Assembly: GCA_907165135.1 (NCBI GenBank)
Contig: OU015569.1
Span: 4,030,001 to 4,094,000, forward strand
Source of the DNA: Oikopleura dioica
Lineage: Eukaryota > Animalia > Chordata
DNA length: 64,000 bases
Direction: 5' to 3'
Shown: positions 39,800 through 54,200 of the stretch, one piece after another
Layout: each line of letters opens with the position of its first letter
How positions within the stretch are numbered: the stretch's first letter is position 1
Program-made: the position numbers and the translations under genes
The notes under the pieces: model-generated
The model's input: only the letters and a program-made list of their open reading frames with translations
What the model was told of the DNA's origin: nothing
The model's database searches: none

Positions 39800-40990
39800 T
39801 TATGAACTTTCAGCTGATACTGATACTATTAAAATTGAAGATCTTTCATAAACAAAGTACTCATCAAGATCGAGACAGTTTGAAAGAGTGACGACTTTTA
39901 ATTTCTTGTTTTTGCATTCGTCTAAAAATTGATTCCAGGTGTCTTCATTTCGCATCGTTGCTTAGGATTTTATTGTTCATAAACAAGGCTATCCTCGAGT
40001 GGCTACCTGCTAGAATAATTTTTATTTCGGGCTTGTAATCTACGCATAGGCGAAGTAATGTTGTGAGGTCAGCAAACAACGCTGGCAAAAAGAATATATC
40101 TGCACCGCAAACGACATCGGTCTCGTCCAGCATTGCCTTCAACTCTTTCTGATCGTAAGAACACCAGTCGAGCTCCTTGACGGCTTTCCTTGATTCCAAA
40201 ATGAGATTCGACCTTGGTCACTATGAGAAATCTTTTGAATCAGTCCCTAGCGTCAATCCAGGCAGAAAACGCATCGCCGCCTTTGCATTCATCTCCGCAA
40301 CCGAGAGCACTTCACTGTGAACATCCGTTAAGAAAACAGTCTTTTGAGAACTTTCTCCGAGTCGTAGAAGCGCGGCTGTAAATATTCCTCCTACTCCTGT
40401 TCCACAGCCAAGCTCAAGAAAATTGCGTTCACCAAAGATTGCTCTCCCTGACTCCGAATTCGCGAACTCGGCGAGGCACCAGGCGGCGGGCCACGAGCAA
40501 AGACCCGTTGTGCCAGATTGGAGAAGCAAGCTTCGCGAACTAAAGAAAGGAAGCACTTTTCCTTCGGGAAGATGGTAATAGCGACAGCCGAACTGGCTTT
40601 CGGCCGGCAGCCTTGACTCGTTGAACGCGTCGTAGAGAACTGAAGAGACTTCCACGCCCTTTTCTTCCATCCATGTTATCAGCTTCTTTAGCAAGCGCGT
40701 GGTCCCGTGAATGTCCAAAGTTAGATCCTCCAGGAAGTACTTTTCTAACAGTTTTTCTTGGTTTCGACTGTCCTCCAAAAAATCTTCGATCTTAGGGCTC
40801 TCTAGAATCGAGGAAAGACGTGTCACGGGCCAGCCTTCCTTTTATTGGGATAGTTTTTACAAAATTGCTCGTAATAACGCAGATTATACTCGAGAGAGAA
40901 ACTTAGCTAATTTTAAGAATGATGAATAAATTCCGTTTTGTTAGAGTTCTTATTTCCCGTTTCCTCGAAGCATCGGATAATCTCGCCCAT
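39800..40990 (-). CDS. EEF2KMT: EEF2KMT/FAM86A-like, copy 2 (intact frame)
   Basis: Same motifs as copy 1; the 201 aa exon is uninterrupted. Confidence 0.82.
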
Positions 40991-41643
40991 GCCAGCAAAA
41001 TTCTGACTTTCTCAGATTTCAAATTTCGCGCCCTTCTGAGCTGCTCATCTGATTGCGCACCGTCCGCGCTCGCTGATTGGCTGCCCCACGCCCACATCTA
41101 CACGTCACGCTACTCCTTTCATTTGCACTTGACTCATTAGTTGCAAATTCCTCGACACGAATTTCCCTTTTCGCACCTTTTGACATTGACCCACGGAGAA
41201 TCTGTCCCTAAACAAAGAGAAACCTCATTTTCTGTCTATTTTCTTCGTTGGAGGCCGCTCGAAAGATGGATTTCAAGAGAAACTGCCTTACGTGTCAACA
41301 TTTAATTATTTTATTTCCGACCTATCTTACATGAAAAAAATTTCAGAATGTATCAACGCGACAGGAACCGCAGTTAAATGTCGAATACGATGTTTTTCTG
41401 CGATTTTTGCAATCGAAGGCGGGCTTTTGCCCAGGCTGCGTCAATGCGAATTCGAATGTGACTCGGATGAGCCGACGAAAACGATCCAAGAGTGGATGAA
41501 AATCCTTCGCCAACTACTGGCGACAATGATGGTCTTGGTATGTGAACCCGCATGCTCACATCCACGACCATCAGTAATCGTAAAACCCGACTTATCACCA
41601 GATTTATGAGAATCTCTCACAAGTCAATCTCTCAGAATCTCTC

Positions 41644-42465
<822 letters not shown>

Positions 42466-43225
42466 TACGATTTTTTTTTCTGACTAAGAGCGAAAGGACT
42501 CTGTTTGAAGCTATTCAAATATTTACTTGAACGCTTATATTGCCTATTGGCGCTCTGAAATTCACGATTGACTATTTTAGTCATTGTTGTTTTCATTAAC
42601 ACTAATTTAGCGGAAATGTGCAAACAGTCAACAACTACGGGCGAGACTACGACGATAGACCTAACTTCCATCAAGTCACTGACATCTCTACCGAAGCAGC
42701 CGTCCACGAAAATACGCAAGTGGTCTATGCATAACGTTAGCACTAGAACCGTCCTTCGAAATTTATAAATATCTGTATTGTTATTTTTTATATTGTTACT
42801 ACTTTTTCAAATTCAATAACTTTCCTTTCTGTTTTATCTCGCCATTCTTTGTGTACATTTAAAAAGTTCTTTCTTTCTCTTTCCAGCACTTTGTCTTTTT
42901 AATTCTAACATTTCAAGTTTAAATAATGTAATATACAGTTGCCTTCTGATTACTTTTTGATTCGCTCCGAATACTGTTCCTTCAAAACAAATACTTCTAC
43001 CAAATATTGCCAAAAAGTTCGTTACTACTGCATGTATGAAAAATTCTGATTCCAGTCGAGTTCTTCGACCCTCCAGGAAAACTCGACGCATCTTTCTGTT
43101 AATATTTTGTTCACCCAATTGAAACTTCTTCAAGTGAAACTTCAACAAGACAGCAAACATCAATAAACAACAGAAACATTATTTTTTCGTATTCCACTTT
43201 ATTCAGCTAGAAGGCGATTCAGGCA

Positions 43226-44416
43226 TTATGAACTTTCAGCTGATACTGATACTATTAAAATTGAAGATCTTTCATAAACAAAGTACTCATCAAGATCGAG
43301 ACAGTTTGAAAGAGTGACGACTTTTAATTTCTTGTTTTTGCATTCGTCTAAAAATTGATTCCAGGTGTCTTCATTTCGCATCGTTGCTTAGGATTTTATT
43401 GTTCATAAACAAGGCTATCCTCGAGTGGCTACCTGCTAGAATAATTTTTATTTCGGGCTTGTAATCTACGCATAGGCGAAGTAATGTTGTGAGGTCAGCA
43501 AACAACGCTGGCAAAAAGAATATATCTGCACCGCAAACGACATCGGTCTCGTCCAGCATTGCCTTCAACTCTTTCTGATCGTAAGAACACCAGTCGAGCT
43601 CCTTGACGGCTTTCCTTGATTCCAAAATGAGATTCGACCTTGGTCACTATGAGAAATCTTTTGAATCAGTCCCTAGCGTCAATCCAGGCAGAAAACGCAT
43701 CGCCGCCTTTGCATTCATCTCCGCAACCGAGAGCACTTCACTGTGAACATCCGTTAAGAAAACAGTCTTTTGAGAACTTTCTCCGAGTCGTAGAAGCGCG
43801 GCTGTAAATATTCCTCCTACTCCTGTTCCACAGCCAAGCTCAAGAAAATTGCGTTCACCAAAGATTGCTCTCCCTGACTCCGAATTCGCGAACTCGGCGA
43901 GGCACCAGGCGGCGGGCCACGAGCAAAGACCCGTTGTGCCAGATTGGAGAAGCAAGCTTCGCGAACTAAAGAAAGGAAGCACTTTTCCTTCGGGAAGATG
44001 GTAATAGCGACAGCCGAACTGGCTTTCGGCCGGCAGCCTTGACTCGTTGAACGCGTCGTAGAGAACTGAAGAGACTTCCACGCCCTTTTCTTCCATCCAT
44101 GTTATCAGCTTCTTTAGCAAGCGCGTGGTCCCGTGAATGTCCAAAGTTAGATCCTCCAGGAAGTACTTTTCTAACAGTTTTTCTTGGTTTCGACTGTCCT
44201 CCAAAAAATCTTCGATCTTAGGGCTCTCTAGAATCGAGGAAAGACGTGTCACGGGCCAGCCTTCCTTTTATTGGGATAGTTTTTACAAAATTGCTCGTAA
44301 TAACGCAGATTATACTCGAGAGAGAAACTTAGCTAATTTTAAGAATGATGAATAAATTCCGTTTTGTTAGAGTTCTTATTTCCCGTTTCCTCGAAGCATC
44401 GGATAATCTCGCCCAT
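43226..44416 (-). CDS. EEF2KMT: EEF2KMT/FAM86A-like, copy 3 (intact frame)
   Basis: Same motifs as copy 2. Confidence 0.82.
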
Positions 44417-44689
44417 GCCAGCAAAATTCTGACTTTCTCAGATTTCAAATTTCGCGCCCTTCTGAGCTGCTCATCTGATTGCGCACCGTCCGCGCTCGCT
44501 GATTGGCTGCCCCACGCCCACATCTACACGTCACGCTACTCCTTTCATTTGCACTTGACTCATTAGTTGCAAATTCCTCGACACGAATTTCCCTTTTCGC
44601 ACCTTTTGACATTGACCCACGGAGAATCTGTCCCTAAACAAAGAGAAACCTCATTTTCTGTCTATTTTCTTCGTTGGAGGCCGCTCGAA

Positions 44690-45465
44690 AGATGGATTTC
44701 AAGAGAAACTGCCTTACGTGTCAACATTTAATTATTTTATTTCCGACCTATCTTACATGAAAAAATTTCAGAATGTATCAACGCGACAGGAACCGCAGTT
44801 AAATGTCGAATACGATGTTTTTCTGCGATTTTTGCAATCGAAGGCGGGCTTTTGCCCAGGCTGCGTCAATGCGAATTCGAATGTGACTCGGATGAGCCGA
44901 CGAAAACGATCCAAGAGTGGATGAAAATCCTTCGCCAACTACTGGCGACAATGATGGTCTTGGTATGTGAACCCGCATGCTCACATCCACGACCATCAGT
45001 AATCGTAAAACCCGACTTATCACCAGATTTATGAGAATCTCTCACAACCTCACTTCTTATTTTTGTAAACACTGTAATCACAATCTCAGCTTCTAGCACA
45101 TCACCTTATCTATCACATCACGTTACTCTTGCGACTTCTAACCGTTTTCAGCTTCTCTAACCCCCGTTTTTTTTAGTGATGATCGAAATCTCCTCTTCGG
45201 GAGTTATTTGAGAAAATTAGTCGGCCCTAACTGGGGTGCGAACGATCATCATCCGCAGCGAGACAAGGATGATGATCGGGAACGAAGATCCTGATGAGGG
45301 TCCTCATCAGGCGAGTCTTAACCATCAACCGAGGTGGAACCTTCCCATAGACCTGAAGAAAGGAGGACAATGCTGACCGTCTTGAAAGAAGCGGAAGGTT
45401 TTATGAGTCGCTTACGTCGACGTCGAAAAAAAGAAGACCGAAGTCGATGTCCCTATTTGTGACAT
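44690..45465 (+). other. Possible unidentified + strand gene; only this copy continues past the repeat boundary
   Basis: Cys-rich frame ECINATGTAVKCRIRC...CEFECDS ending at a GTATG donor, plus downstream exon-like segments (DDRNLLFGSYLRKL; LKEAEGFMSRLRRRRKKEDRSR). Structure not resolved. Confidence 0.25.
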
Positions 45466-45585
45466 GTTCACTATCCAACATCACTGTCTGTGTCAATTAT
45501 TCTTTCACTCCTCTCTAAACTAGTAGCTCACTTTCTTTTCACATCTAATCATGTCTGTTTAGAGTAATGATGCTTTCGCATAATC

Positions 45586-45657
45586 GCGAGAAATTATTAG
45601 GATGCGGGGTCTCCGTTGGACGACGGAGATGATCACCCGTATCGATCAGCGCTTTCC
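45586..45657 (+). repeat. Hairpin-forming dispersed repeat, copy A
   Basis: The 53 nt at 45605-45657 are identical to 47381-47433. Stems GATGCGGG/CCCGTATC and TCTCCGT/ACGGAGA. Confidence 0.9.
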
Positions 45658-45801
45658 CTGCCGGGAGTCTGCTTCTATCCTTTCGAATCGAATTTCGATT
45701 CGTGGGAAAAAAACTTGCACATCACAGAAATCCTGTCTTTTTATATTTATCGTTCATTCGACTGATATAATTTTACTTCTGAAATTCACAATTTTTGTAT
45801 A

Positions 45802-46209
45802 CCGTGGTTTTCCATCTTAAGAGCGCCCATTTTAAGAGCGTTTTTGCCAATATTTTCCATATTTTGTCATCTGAAAAAATCCCAACTTTAGAGCGTTTTT
45901 AGGAATTTTTAATTAATAATTAGAATAACGTTTATTTCAACCTGAAAAATCATTGAAAAAAATTGTTTTCTACGCTTTTTTGCAGGTGAAATCATAGCCT
46001 CTGATTCAAAGATCGTAATTTTTTTATCATAAATAGGTAAAAATGACCTCAGATGCATTTTTAGAGTTTTGGAAAAAGTTCATTTTATGCATTTTCATTC
46101 ATCATTTTTTTCCCACTGTCATCCTAGTTTGATCGTAAATTTTCCAACTTAAGAGCGTTTTGGTCTACCCTTGTCATCTGAAAAACGCTCTAAAGATGGA
46201 AAACGACGG
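45802..46209. mobile_element. Tc1/mariner (pogo/Tc2-like) MITE, 408 bp
   Basis: TIR CCGTGGTTTTCCATCTTAAGAGCG versus CCGTCGTTTTCCATCTTTAGAGCG (2 mismatches); TA on both flanks (45800-01, 46210-11); internal TT(A/T)AGAGCG repeats. Confidence 0.8.
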
Positions 46210-46233
46210 TAATAATTTCTCGCGATAGTCAGA

Positions 46234-47047
46234 ATGTCGTTCGATTTGTCCTCAGCTTCCGGTCTCGAATCTTTCAACAAGTTCCTTTTGGATAACTCCT
46301 ACGCTGCCGGATGGGTTCCTTCCCAAGCTGATGTTGCCCTTTTCAAGGCTCTCGCCGCCGCTCCTGACGGTAAAGATTTTCTACATTTTATAATTTCGAC
46401 TAGCTCTCTTTTCCATTTAACGAATTTACTTTTTTACACGTTTAGGCAGCCAAATTCGAGAACGTCTTGAGATGGTGGAATAATCTCAACTCTTACAGCT
46501 CCGAATTCACCTCTCTCCCAGCTGGTTCCGCATCCGCTGCCCCAGCCGAAGAAGAAGACGATGATGACGTTGATCTCTTCGGTGACGATGATGAAGATGA
46601 CGAAGAAGCCGAGCGTGTCAAGGTAATCAATATTAGCGTAAACCCAAGTTATAATTAAATAAATATCAGGCCGAGCGAGTCGCCGCATACAATGCAAGAA
46701 AAGCCGCCAAAGAAGAGAAGAAAGGAAAAGTCATTGCCAAATCGAACATCATCCTCGACATTAAGCCTTGGGATGACGAGACCCCACTAGACAAGATGGA
46801 GGAATGCGTCCGATCGATCGAAATGGACGGTCTTCTCTGGGGTACCGCTAAACTCATCGCCGTCGGGTAAATAACTTCTCATTTTCATCCCTTTGTAACT
46901 ATTTCCTTCAGTTACGGAATCAAAAAGTTGCAGATCACTTGCGTCATCGAGGACGACAAAGTTTCAATGGACGACCTCGAGGAGCAAATCGTCGCCTTCG
47001 AGGACTTCGTTCAGTCGATGGACATCGTTGCCTTTAACAAAATCTAA
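46234..47047 (+). CDS. EEF1B2: Elongation factor 1-beta, 4 exons
   Basis: [13 protein letters not shown]; NVLRWWN; [12 protein letters not shown]; [16 protein letters not shown]; GLLWG; [19 protein letters not shown]; [12 protein letters not shown]. Confidence 0.97.
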
Positions 47048-47361
47048 ACAGCGTTTCGCGTTAATCGGCTCAACTTTGAACATTCAACGAAGATAATCCT
47101 GTCCATTCTCTTGACTCTGCTCGAAATCGACAACCGCCTTGTGACCACGTTTTCGTCCCTTAGTACAGTTACAAGTTCTTTCTCTCTGACAGTGAGTGCA
47201 ATATTTTCAAGTTCATCCTAACTAGTCTTAAATTATCTTCGCTCCTGCTGTGCTATGTGATGCCATACTATCGCGTGTTTTTCCATTAAAAACCTGAATA
47301 CGTGTCACAATGTATAGTACCTCAGCTTATGACTTTCATTTAGAGTTTTGTTCGTAAAAAT

Positions 47362-47433
47362 GCGAGAAATTGTGAGGATACGGGGTCTCCGTTGGACGAC
47401 GGAGATGATCACCCGTATCGATCAGCGCTTTCC
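47362..47433 (+). repeat. Hairpin-forming dispersed repeat, copy B
   Basis: Same core as 45605-45657; the outer stem GATACGGG/CCCGTATC is fully Watson-Crick paired. Confidence 0.9.
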
Positions 47434-48225
47434 GAGTTTCGGAACGAGCTTGGCGAGATTATGTGACGAATGTCCGAAGAAAGTATTCATCCGATGATCA
47501 ATTATCGATATGTTGCAGAATTTGCAAACAACTCGCAAGAAGTGGAAATAAAAGGAAGGGAAGACATTCGGAGCTCATTCCAGAATACGATCGTTCCTTG
47601 TGGCTACCGGAAACTGATGAAGAAACAGAAACAGAAGAAATCGTGATTCTGAATTTAAGGATTGCCTTATTTACTAATCAACTTCTGTTTCCCTCGAATA
47701 TATCGTCATAATAACCAAATCATCCTGAGCAAGAGTTTCTGTCCTATCCTAGTGGGCCTCGAACTCTTATTTGTCCTTGTTATTAATGCAGTATCAACTT
47801 GAGCAGGACCATAGATTATCAACGTACAATTAAAATGAACCCTTTCTTCGACTAACGGCAGGCCAGGCAAACTTCAGTTGGTTGCTGGAGTACTTCGTCA
47901 GAGCCCTTAAGATTCCGCCGAGCAGATGGCGACTCATGCCAAAGATTCTAGATATTGCTTGCTACATAGACTATACTTGATTGAATGCGGTATTCCTCTC
48001 GATTCATCTTTTGATAACTTGAGAATGATCTTCGTAAGGATTAAAATGCGTCTTTATTTTTGAACTCTCAAGTACAGAAGTCATCGGCAAAATAGTAGTG
48101 AATGAGGTATTTAAGCCAAAAAAAGATTTCTTTTAAATATTTTCAGAAGTCGAAGTAGAATGTGTCTATTTAGGAAATAATAAATAGAATAAAGAATTAG
48201 AAATTAACACGGTGTTAATAAATGT

Positions 48226-51200
48226 TCACTTTTTGCGCAAATATTCTTGCTTCATCAGTTTTATGCGTTTTGGATCGTCGCGGAAAATGGAATCGTGGTG
48301 CTCTATCAGACATATCAGAATTTCAATCAGATCACCAGAGAATGACTCGGACTGATATTGGCCTAAAAAGTGAGTTTATTTATCTGTCAGACAGATTCTG
48401 TCTCCTGAATCAAGCAAAAAACTTACTCGGATCTTTCAGAGGGAAAAAGGTTGGACATAAGCAGGTTGCGAGATTACGACAACTCATCTTGTTGATCTCC
48501 GATTTCTCGGAGACACAGTACAGGTGCCTGCAAATAAAACGAAGCGTATGCCAATTAGCAAGGCCCTTTTCACGCACGGGTAATTCTAGCAGGACGTTGC
48601 GTATTCTTTCCCAGGGAGGCGGCGCTGATTCACTGGTTGGGGCTGAAATCAACGATGAGTAGTCCGTATTTTTCATTTTTGGAGCTCACCTATTGCTTTC
48701 ACCAAGTCCTCCTGTAGACTCTCTGGAATTATGGGCGAAGGTAGATTTTTCGGACTTAGGAACCACGAAACGCAACCAGCTAGTGTATTTGGCGCCAGAG
48801 AAAGATCACCGAAGTCGAAATCTGAAGAATTTTTGAACGTCTCATCGAAATGCTTGAGCAGAAGAGAGCGTTTTTTGCTGTCAGCTGGAACCCGATACAG
48901 TCCTTCGTAGTCGAGTGCTAAAATAGGTGAATTTCTTTGATCAATTCCGTCGCGGAAAACTTACAAGAGCTTTCAATGGCAGTTACGATGACCTTAAGGA
49001 AGACAGGCACAAGAGCATCCGGTCCCTCGAGATTCTCGAATGTGCCTTCATCCCCAAGTTCTCTACGAAAGAAGCGATCGCTGTATCCACCGTGATGCAG
49101 CGGGTTCGGCGTAAATGGAGAAACTCCTTTTGCTGTCGAGCTGTTACTCTGGGATTTCTCCATCCCGAGAAATTCTCGGATCGGTTTCGGCGTGGTGAAT
49201 CGAGGTCGGGATTTTGAATTTTTGGAATGGTGAGTGTCGAGTTGGGCTGAAAATTAGCCTCACGGGGTGCCTCGATTTGGGTGACTTACATAAAATTGAA
49301 GAATTTTCTTGCTTGTTTGAAATAGCAGCTACACTGGTTGACATATCGTGAAGAGATTCAGTATCTGAGTCTTTCAAAGACTAAAAGCAAATTAGCGAGC
49401 GTTGAGCAAACATGGCCGACAATTTGGGCGGCAGATTTTCGCTTGCTGTTCGGTGTTAGATGAGAGCAAAGAGAACGCGTGGACTGAGAAGTCAGAAAAG
49501 GTTTACACTTTGCATCCTCGCATGGTTTTTAAAAGAAATAGACTAGCAGGTTAATCAAAATATTACTGATTGGTGAGGAGCTGTCGTATAAAACAGTTCA
49601 TCAGTCTGATTACCAGACAAGCGGTGCAAAGTGCAAACCTATTTCTTAATATGCTGGAAATGATATTAACTTGTCATTAATTTACTTTGAGAGCGCGCAG
49701 AGAGCTCGAAAATAAAAATGGCTTTTTCAATTTGGATGTGCTCTGGAGCGAAGTTGTACTCAACGACCGAATCATTTTGTGCATCATGAATGTCACCCAA
49801 CCGATAGAGTTTCAAAAAAAAAAATTAACTATATCGTTTGTTAAAATTACAAAAAAAAACTTTTGGTAAGTAGCCTGCTAAACTAATAAAGAAGATGAAC
49901 TTTCGAAACTCATTTCAACTCTTGCGCTGAGGGCGATCATTCGTACAGTCCTTGAGAATGTCATTATCGGATGATCGCCGTTGGCTCTCTATTTCTCAGA
50001 GTTGGACAAAGGAAAAACCTTGCATAAGTAAATTCTAAACAAAGGCGATACAGCTGTTTATAGTATTCACAAGAAAACCAACTCTTTTTCGAGGTCGACT
50101 ATTTTTTCTCCAATATCAACACTCTCAAACTCTTTAAAATTGCCATAGTTTTTTTGGGAGGCAGGCATTCGAGTAAATATTCTTTACGCTTTCTCTCGCA
50201 ATTTTTTCATAAAAACGAAGAGAGGAAGCATTTGACGAAAATCGAATAAGGGGCACTGGGTCGGTCGCAGTTGGCTACGAAGCTCGCTAAGAATACAGTA
50301 TCGATCTTCTTTCCTTATTGCCTGCGCGAGCTTTCGCTTTATCCCATCATAAAATAATTATATTTTTATTCAGAGAGCTGTGATTTCTTTCGCCATTCAT
50401 TTTAAGAGAACAGTGGTTTGACAATTAACTTAGATTATTACAGTAAAAAATTGAAAACATAAGAATTATAACTTACCGTATTTAAATCGTTTGCCTTTGA
50501 ACGGCGCTTCTTGACTTTCTTGCCAGTGGTTTTTCCGTTCTCTAGCCCTTGATCTGAAGATTGAGTTGTTTTGCGACGGAACATGCCCAGGCGGCTGGAG
50601 GAACTCGGAGATGAATCTAATCATTAGGGTGTACTATTGAATAACACCGATTCACCGAATATACTCTCTATTTTCCAAGCAAAGAAAGTGAACGATTGTA
50701 TCAAAAACATATTTTACAAACAATCATTTGTACATTCAAATTTTTTGATCGGAAAGAGAAACATTTAAACAACTGATAAAAAATAGAAAGCTACAAACTA
50801 AACACCCAGTAACTAAACCAGAAACTCTGGTGACGGATGATGATAAGGAAGATGCAATGGACGGGGAAAGAAAGTCGCCGATCATCGAAGTCGGCATCGA
50901 CACTCGCCGCTTTTCGGAATAAACATCGGCGAGTTTCGCATCCAGTCCCTCCAATTTCGATCGGTCGAGCCTCCCGACATGGTGGTTAACTGTAACTACG
51001 CGAAAAAAATTGAAATAAGTTGCTTCTCTACAGATTGAATATTTTAATCATCAAATGATGGCAATTATTCTCAGTGAGCTGTCGATGATGAGATTTATGA
51101 AATTAAGTTTTACTAAATATTATCAGGCATCCGTTACCATGCAACTGTAACGCTTGTTTCACACGTGATTTAGAACATGCTAGCTGTTATTATGATCAAA

Positions 51201-54200
51201 CGATGGAACAGAACATTAATTTTGATTAAGTGATGGGTACCTTTGCTCCTTGTCGCTGGAAAATGCGCCTGGTTGAACCTCATAGCTCTATCGCGAACAT
51301 TTTCCGCCGCGTCCGATGACTCCACAGAGATGGAAGACGACCCTAAAAAGGATATCATTCAAAGAAAAACCTTTTATGTGTACCAAAGTTTGAATTTTTG
51401 TCGAGCGTGCTGAATGTGCTGTCGGGAGTGGCAAGTGTCTCAACTGTGCCATCGCTGAACATCCGTCCTATGCTTTTGCTCGCCTTGGCTGCGTTGATGA
51501 TCTCTTCAAATTTCCGGTCAAGGCGCGCTTCATTTTGCTGCTCTTTAGTCAAAAGAGGCGACAAGAGTTGACTGCTTCGTATGATTTCGTACTTGACTTC
51601 GCCAAACTTTTCGCTCGCCAGTCGCTGGAAACTGTCTTCGGTCGAGTGACTTGATGTACTCTTCAATGTTTCAATAAGGTCGGCGAGAAAAGTTATATAA
51701 AGAATACCTGAAAGAGTTGAAAGGGCTTTTTGGACGCAGGAGACCTTGAGAAAAATTCGGCACACGATTGGAGGCCGTTGAGCTTTGAAAAGCAGAAAAT
51801 TAAACCATCAACGTGACTGACATCGGGCTGCTCGAGGGAGGAGCCGCTTCCAAATTCGAAGAATTCGAAGATTATGTCATCGATCTGTTTAAGAATGTTA
51901 GAATGCTACTGCGCAAAGAAGAATACCTGAAGCCAATTAGGTCCATATTTTCCAACGCCATAGTTGAGCTGCTGCGCTTGATTACTCAGATACTTCTGAA
52001 AGATCTCACTCGGTTCCTTATCCAGTGCAGGCGCGCAGACCCCAAGAACAATCGATGACTCGTCTATCAACGGACCGCCAGATACTTCTTGAAGCTTTTG
52101 ATTTGTGGACGCATTCATCACAGAGCTCCGGATTGAGGGTAGGTTGGCCAATTCGTGAACGAACTCTTTCATTTTCTGGGGGAGATGAAGTTGCTGATTT
52201 GAAGGAGGAGAGAAGAAGAAGCCCGCCGATAAGGAACCGTTGATCTCGTTGAAGAACTCGCTACCGTCAATTGCGTGCCGCTGTCGTTTGTAAGGATCCA
52301 TGTCATGGTCGGGATTCATCACTAAAGATACCGGTATCGCCTTGAGAGGTGCATCATCTTCCAGCGTCGCGGAAGTGAGCCAATTTTTGCAAAATTGAAG
52401 ATTTTCGCCGTCAGAGTACACTGCCATTATTCCGTTCGGCGAATGCGGAGGGTAAAGTTGGTTGAGGTCCATTTTGGAAAATGATTCGTTGAATTGAAAT
52501 ATCTCGACGCCAGTGCCAAGACTTTCTGCGAATGATAAAATATGCTTTGATGCATTTTGATATTGCTGCTTACCTGAGAATTTTTGAAGCGGAATGGGGC
52601 TTTGGGAGAGAAACAGAATTTTAATGGTGTTGTTTCTATCGCCGTTCCAGCACCATCTTATAAAACCGTCAATTGAGCTCTCACTTTGTTGAATTTACCT
52701 GTTTGGGTTAAGTCTGAAAGCAGTGTGGTCCGGCTTCCCGATGGAAGAGAGGTCGTTTTCGGACATTTGTTCGTTCGTCGACGATGAGTGGATCGAGGGG
52801 GAAGAGCATTTTCCCAAACGATTTGGGATCGAATTTGTGGACTTAGACTGCTCCGTGAGTTGGAGAGAGGAAGCTGATCGCAATGCATGATTTGCTAATT
52901 TGAGTCGTTCGATCTTCCCAAGTGTGTCTTTTTTGAAGAGCTCGCCGGCGTATTCGTCCGTCAGTACATGGATGGGAATTCGAATATCGCTCGTTTGATT
53001 CACGTGTTCGTCTTCGTACCAATACTTTCCATCGTTGCCGCTTTTGCCGTTGTGTCCATTCACAGCGTCGTAGTTGGGAAGCGTGATGAACCACTTGTTA
53101 AAGTTGTTTTTCGTCTTGACCTCCTCTATCAATTCGTCCCACGTGGGCGTTGCGTTCTGGAATGAGTCCGCAATCAGTTCTCCTAAAGCCATGTCGACAT
53201 AGTGCTTGTATCCGCGGATGATCGTGTCGTGGTAAAGATTCTTCAGGTCCTTAACTCGCTCACGCAACACCTTGCGCGCCATGCTAGTTCCGAATAGCCT
53301 AACGAATGTTTTGAAGGCGCTCGAGTCGGGGTGAAACTTTTTCTCGAGTTCCTTGTACGTCGTTTCGTACTGGACCAGATTCTCCTTGAGGAACTCCTTG
53401 AAATCTTCATTGATTCGCGCCTCGTTTTTTAGCACTTCCTCGCGCGCCTGTCGAAAGGGCTTCACTTCGACGGACTTTCTGCTCTCTTTATTGTTGCGCC
53501 GCTTGTCAACAAGGGAGGCAATCACTTGAAACGTCTCCGAAATGTTCACGTTCTCGTCCGCCGAGGTCTCAATAATCGGCACTTCTCGCTGCTTTAGGAG
53601 TTTCTTTTCGATTTCGGGCCGCTTGAAAAAGTTCTTGACTTTGCCGCTGATGTCGTCTTCCAGTCTGGGGCTCTCCGCTACTTTGTCATATTTGGTCAAC
53701 GCAACAACCACGGGCGTCTTCTTGATATCCTTCATGTTCTTAAGAATTTTCTCGACAATGACCAGCTGATTCTCGATCGGCTGCTTGTCGTGCCGCTCCT
53801 TGCTGACGTCGATCAGAAGCAGAAAGGCGTCGATCTTGAATTTGTCTGGCATCTTGTCGTTCTCGTGCTCCGGTGTGTCGTGAAAATTCGCAAAGCCTTT
53901 GAACTTCTTTTGGCGCCAGTTCTTGAAAACCTCGATAGCGCAACGCTTCTCGTACGGCTCCTTCTTGAGCTTGTCGGCGTCGAACACTTTGAGGCTGGAA
54001 TCGTCGACGAAAACGGTCTGCTCGAGGAGCGAAAAGCTGAGTTCTGTCTTTTCGTCGGGTTCCACTGTTGTGGTGCCCCACCAGAGCGTGTGATGGTAGT
54101 TGATCAGGCCGGATGCGAAATCGACGCTGGAGATGATCGAGCGCTTGTCCATTTGCGAGTACTCATCCTGGTCTGGGTACATGAAGCGCGCGCAAAAGGA

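Noticed and set aside
45291-45298. CTGATGAG as a hammerhead ribozyme core
   Set aside because: No GAAA after a stem II; the motif is sequestered in its own 10 bp hairpin.
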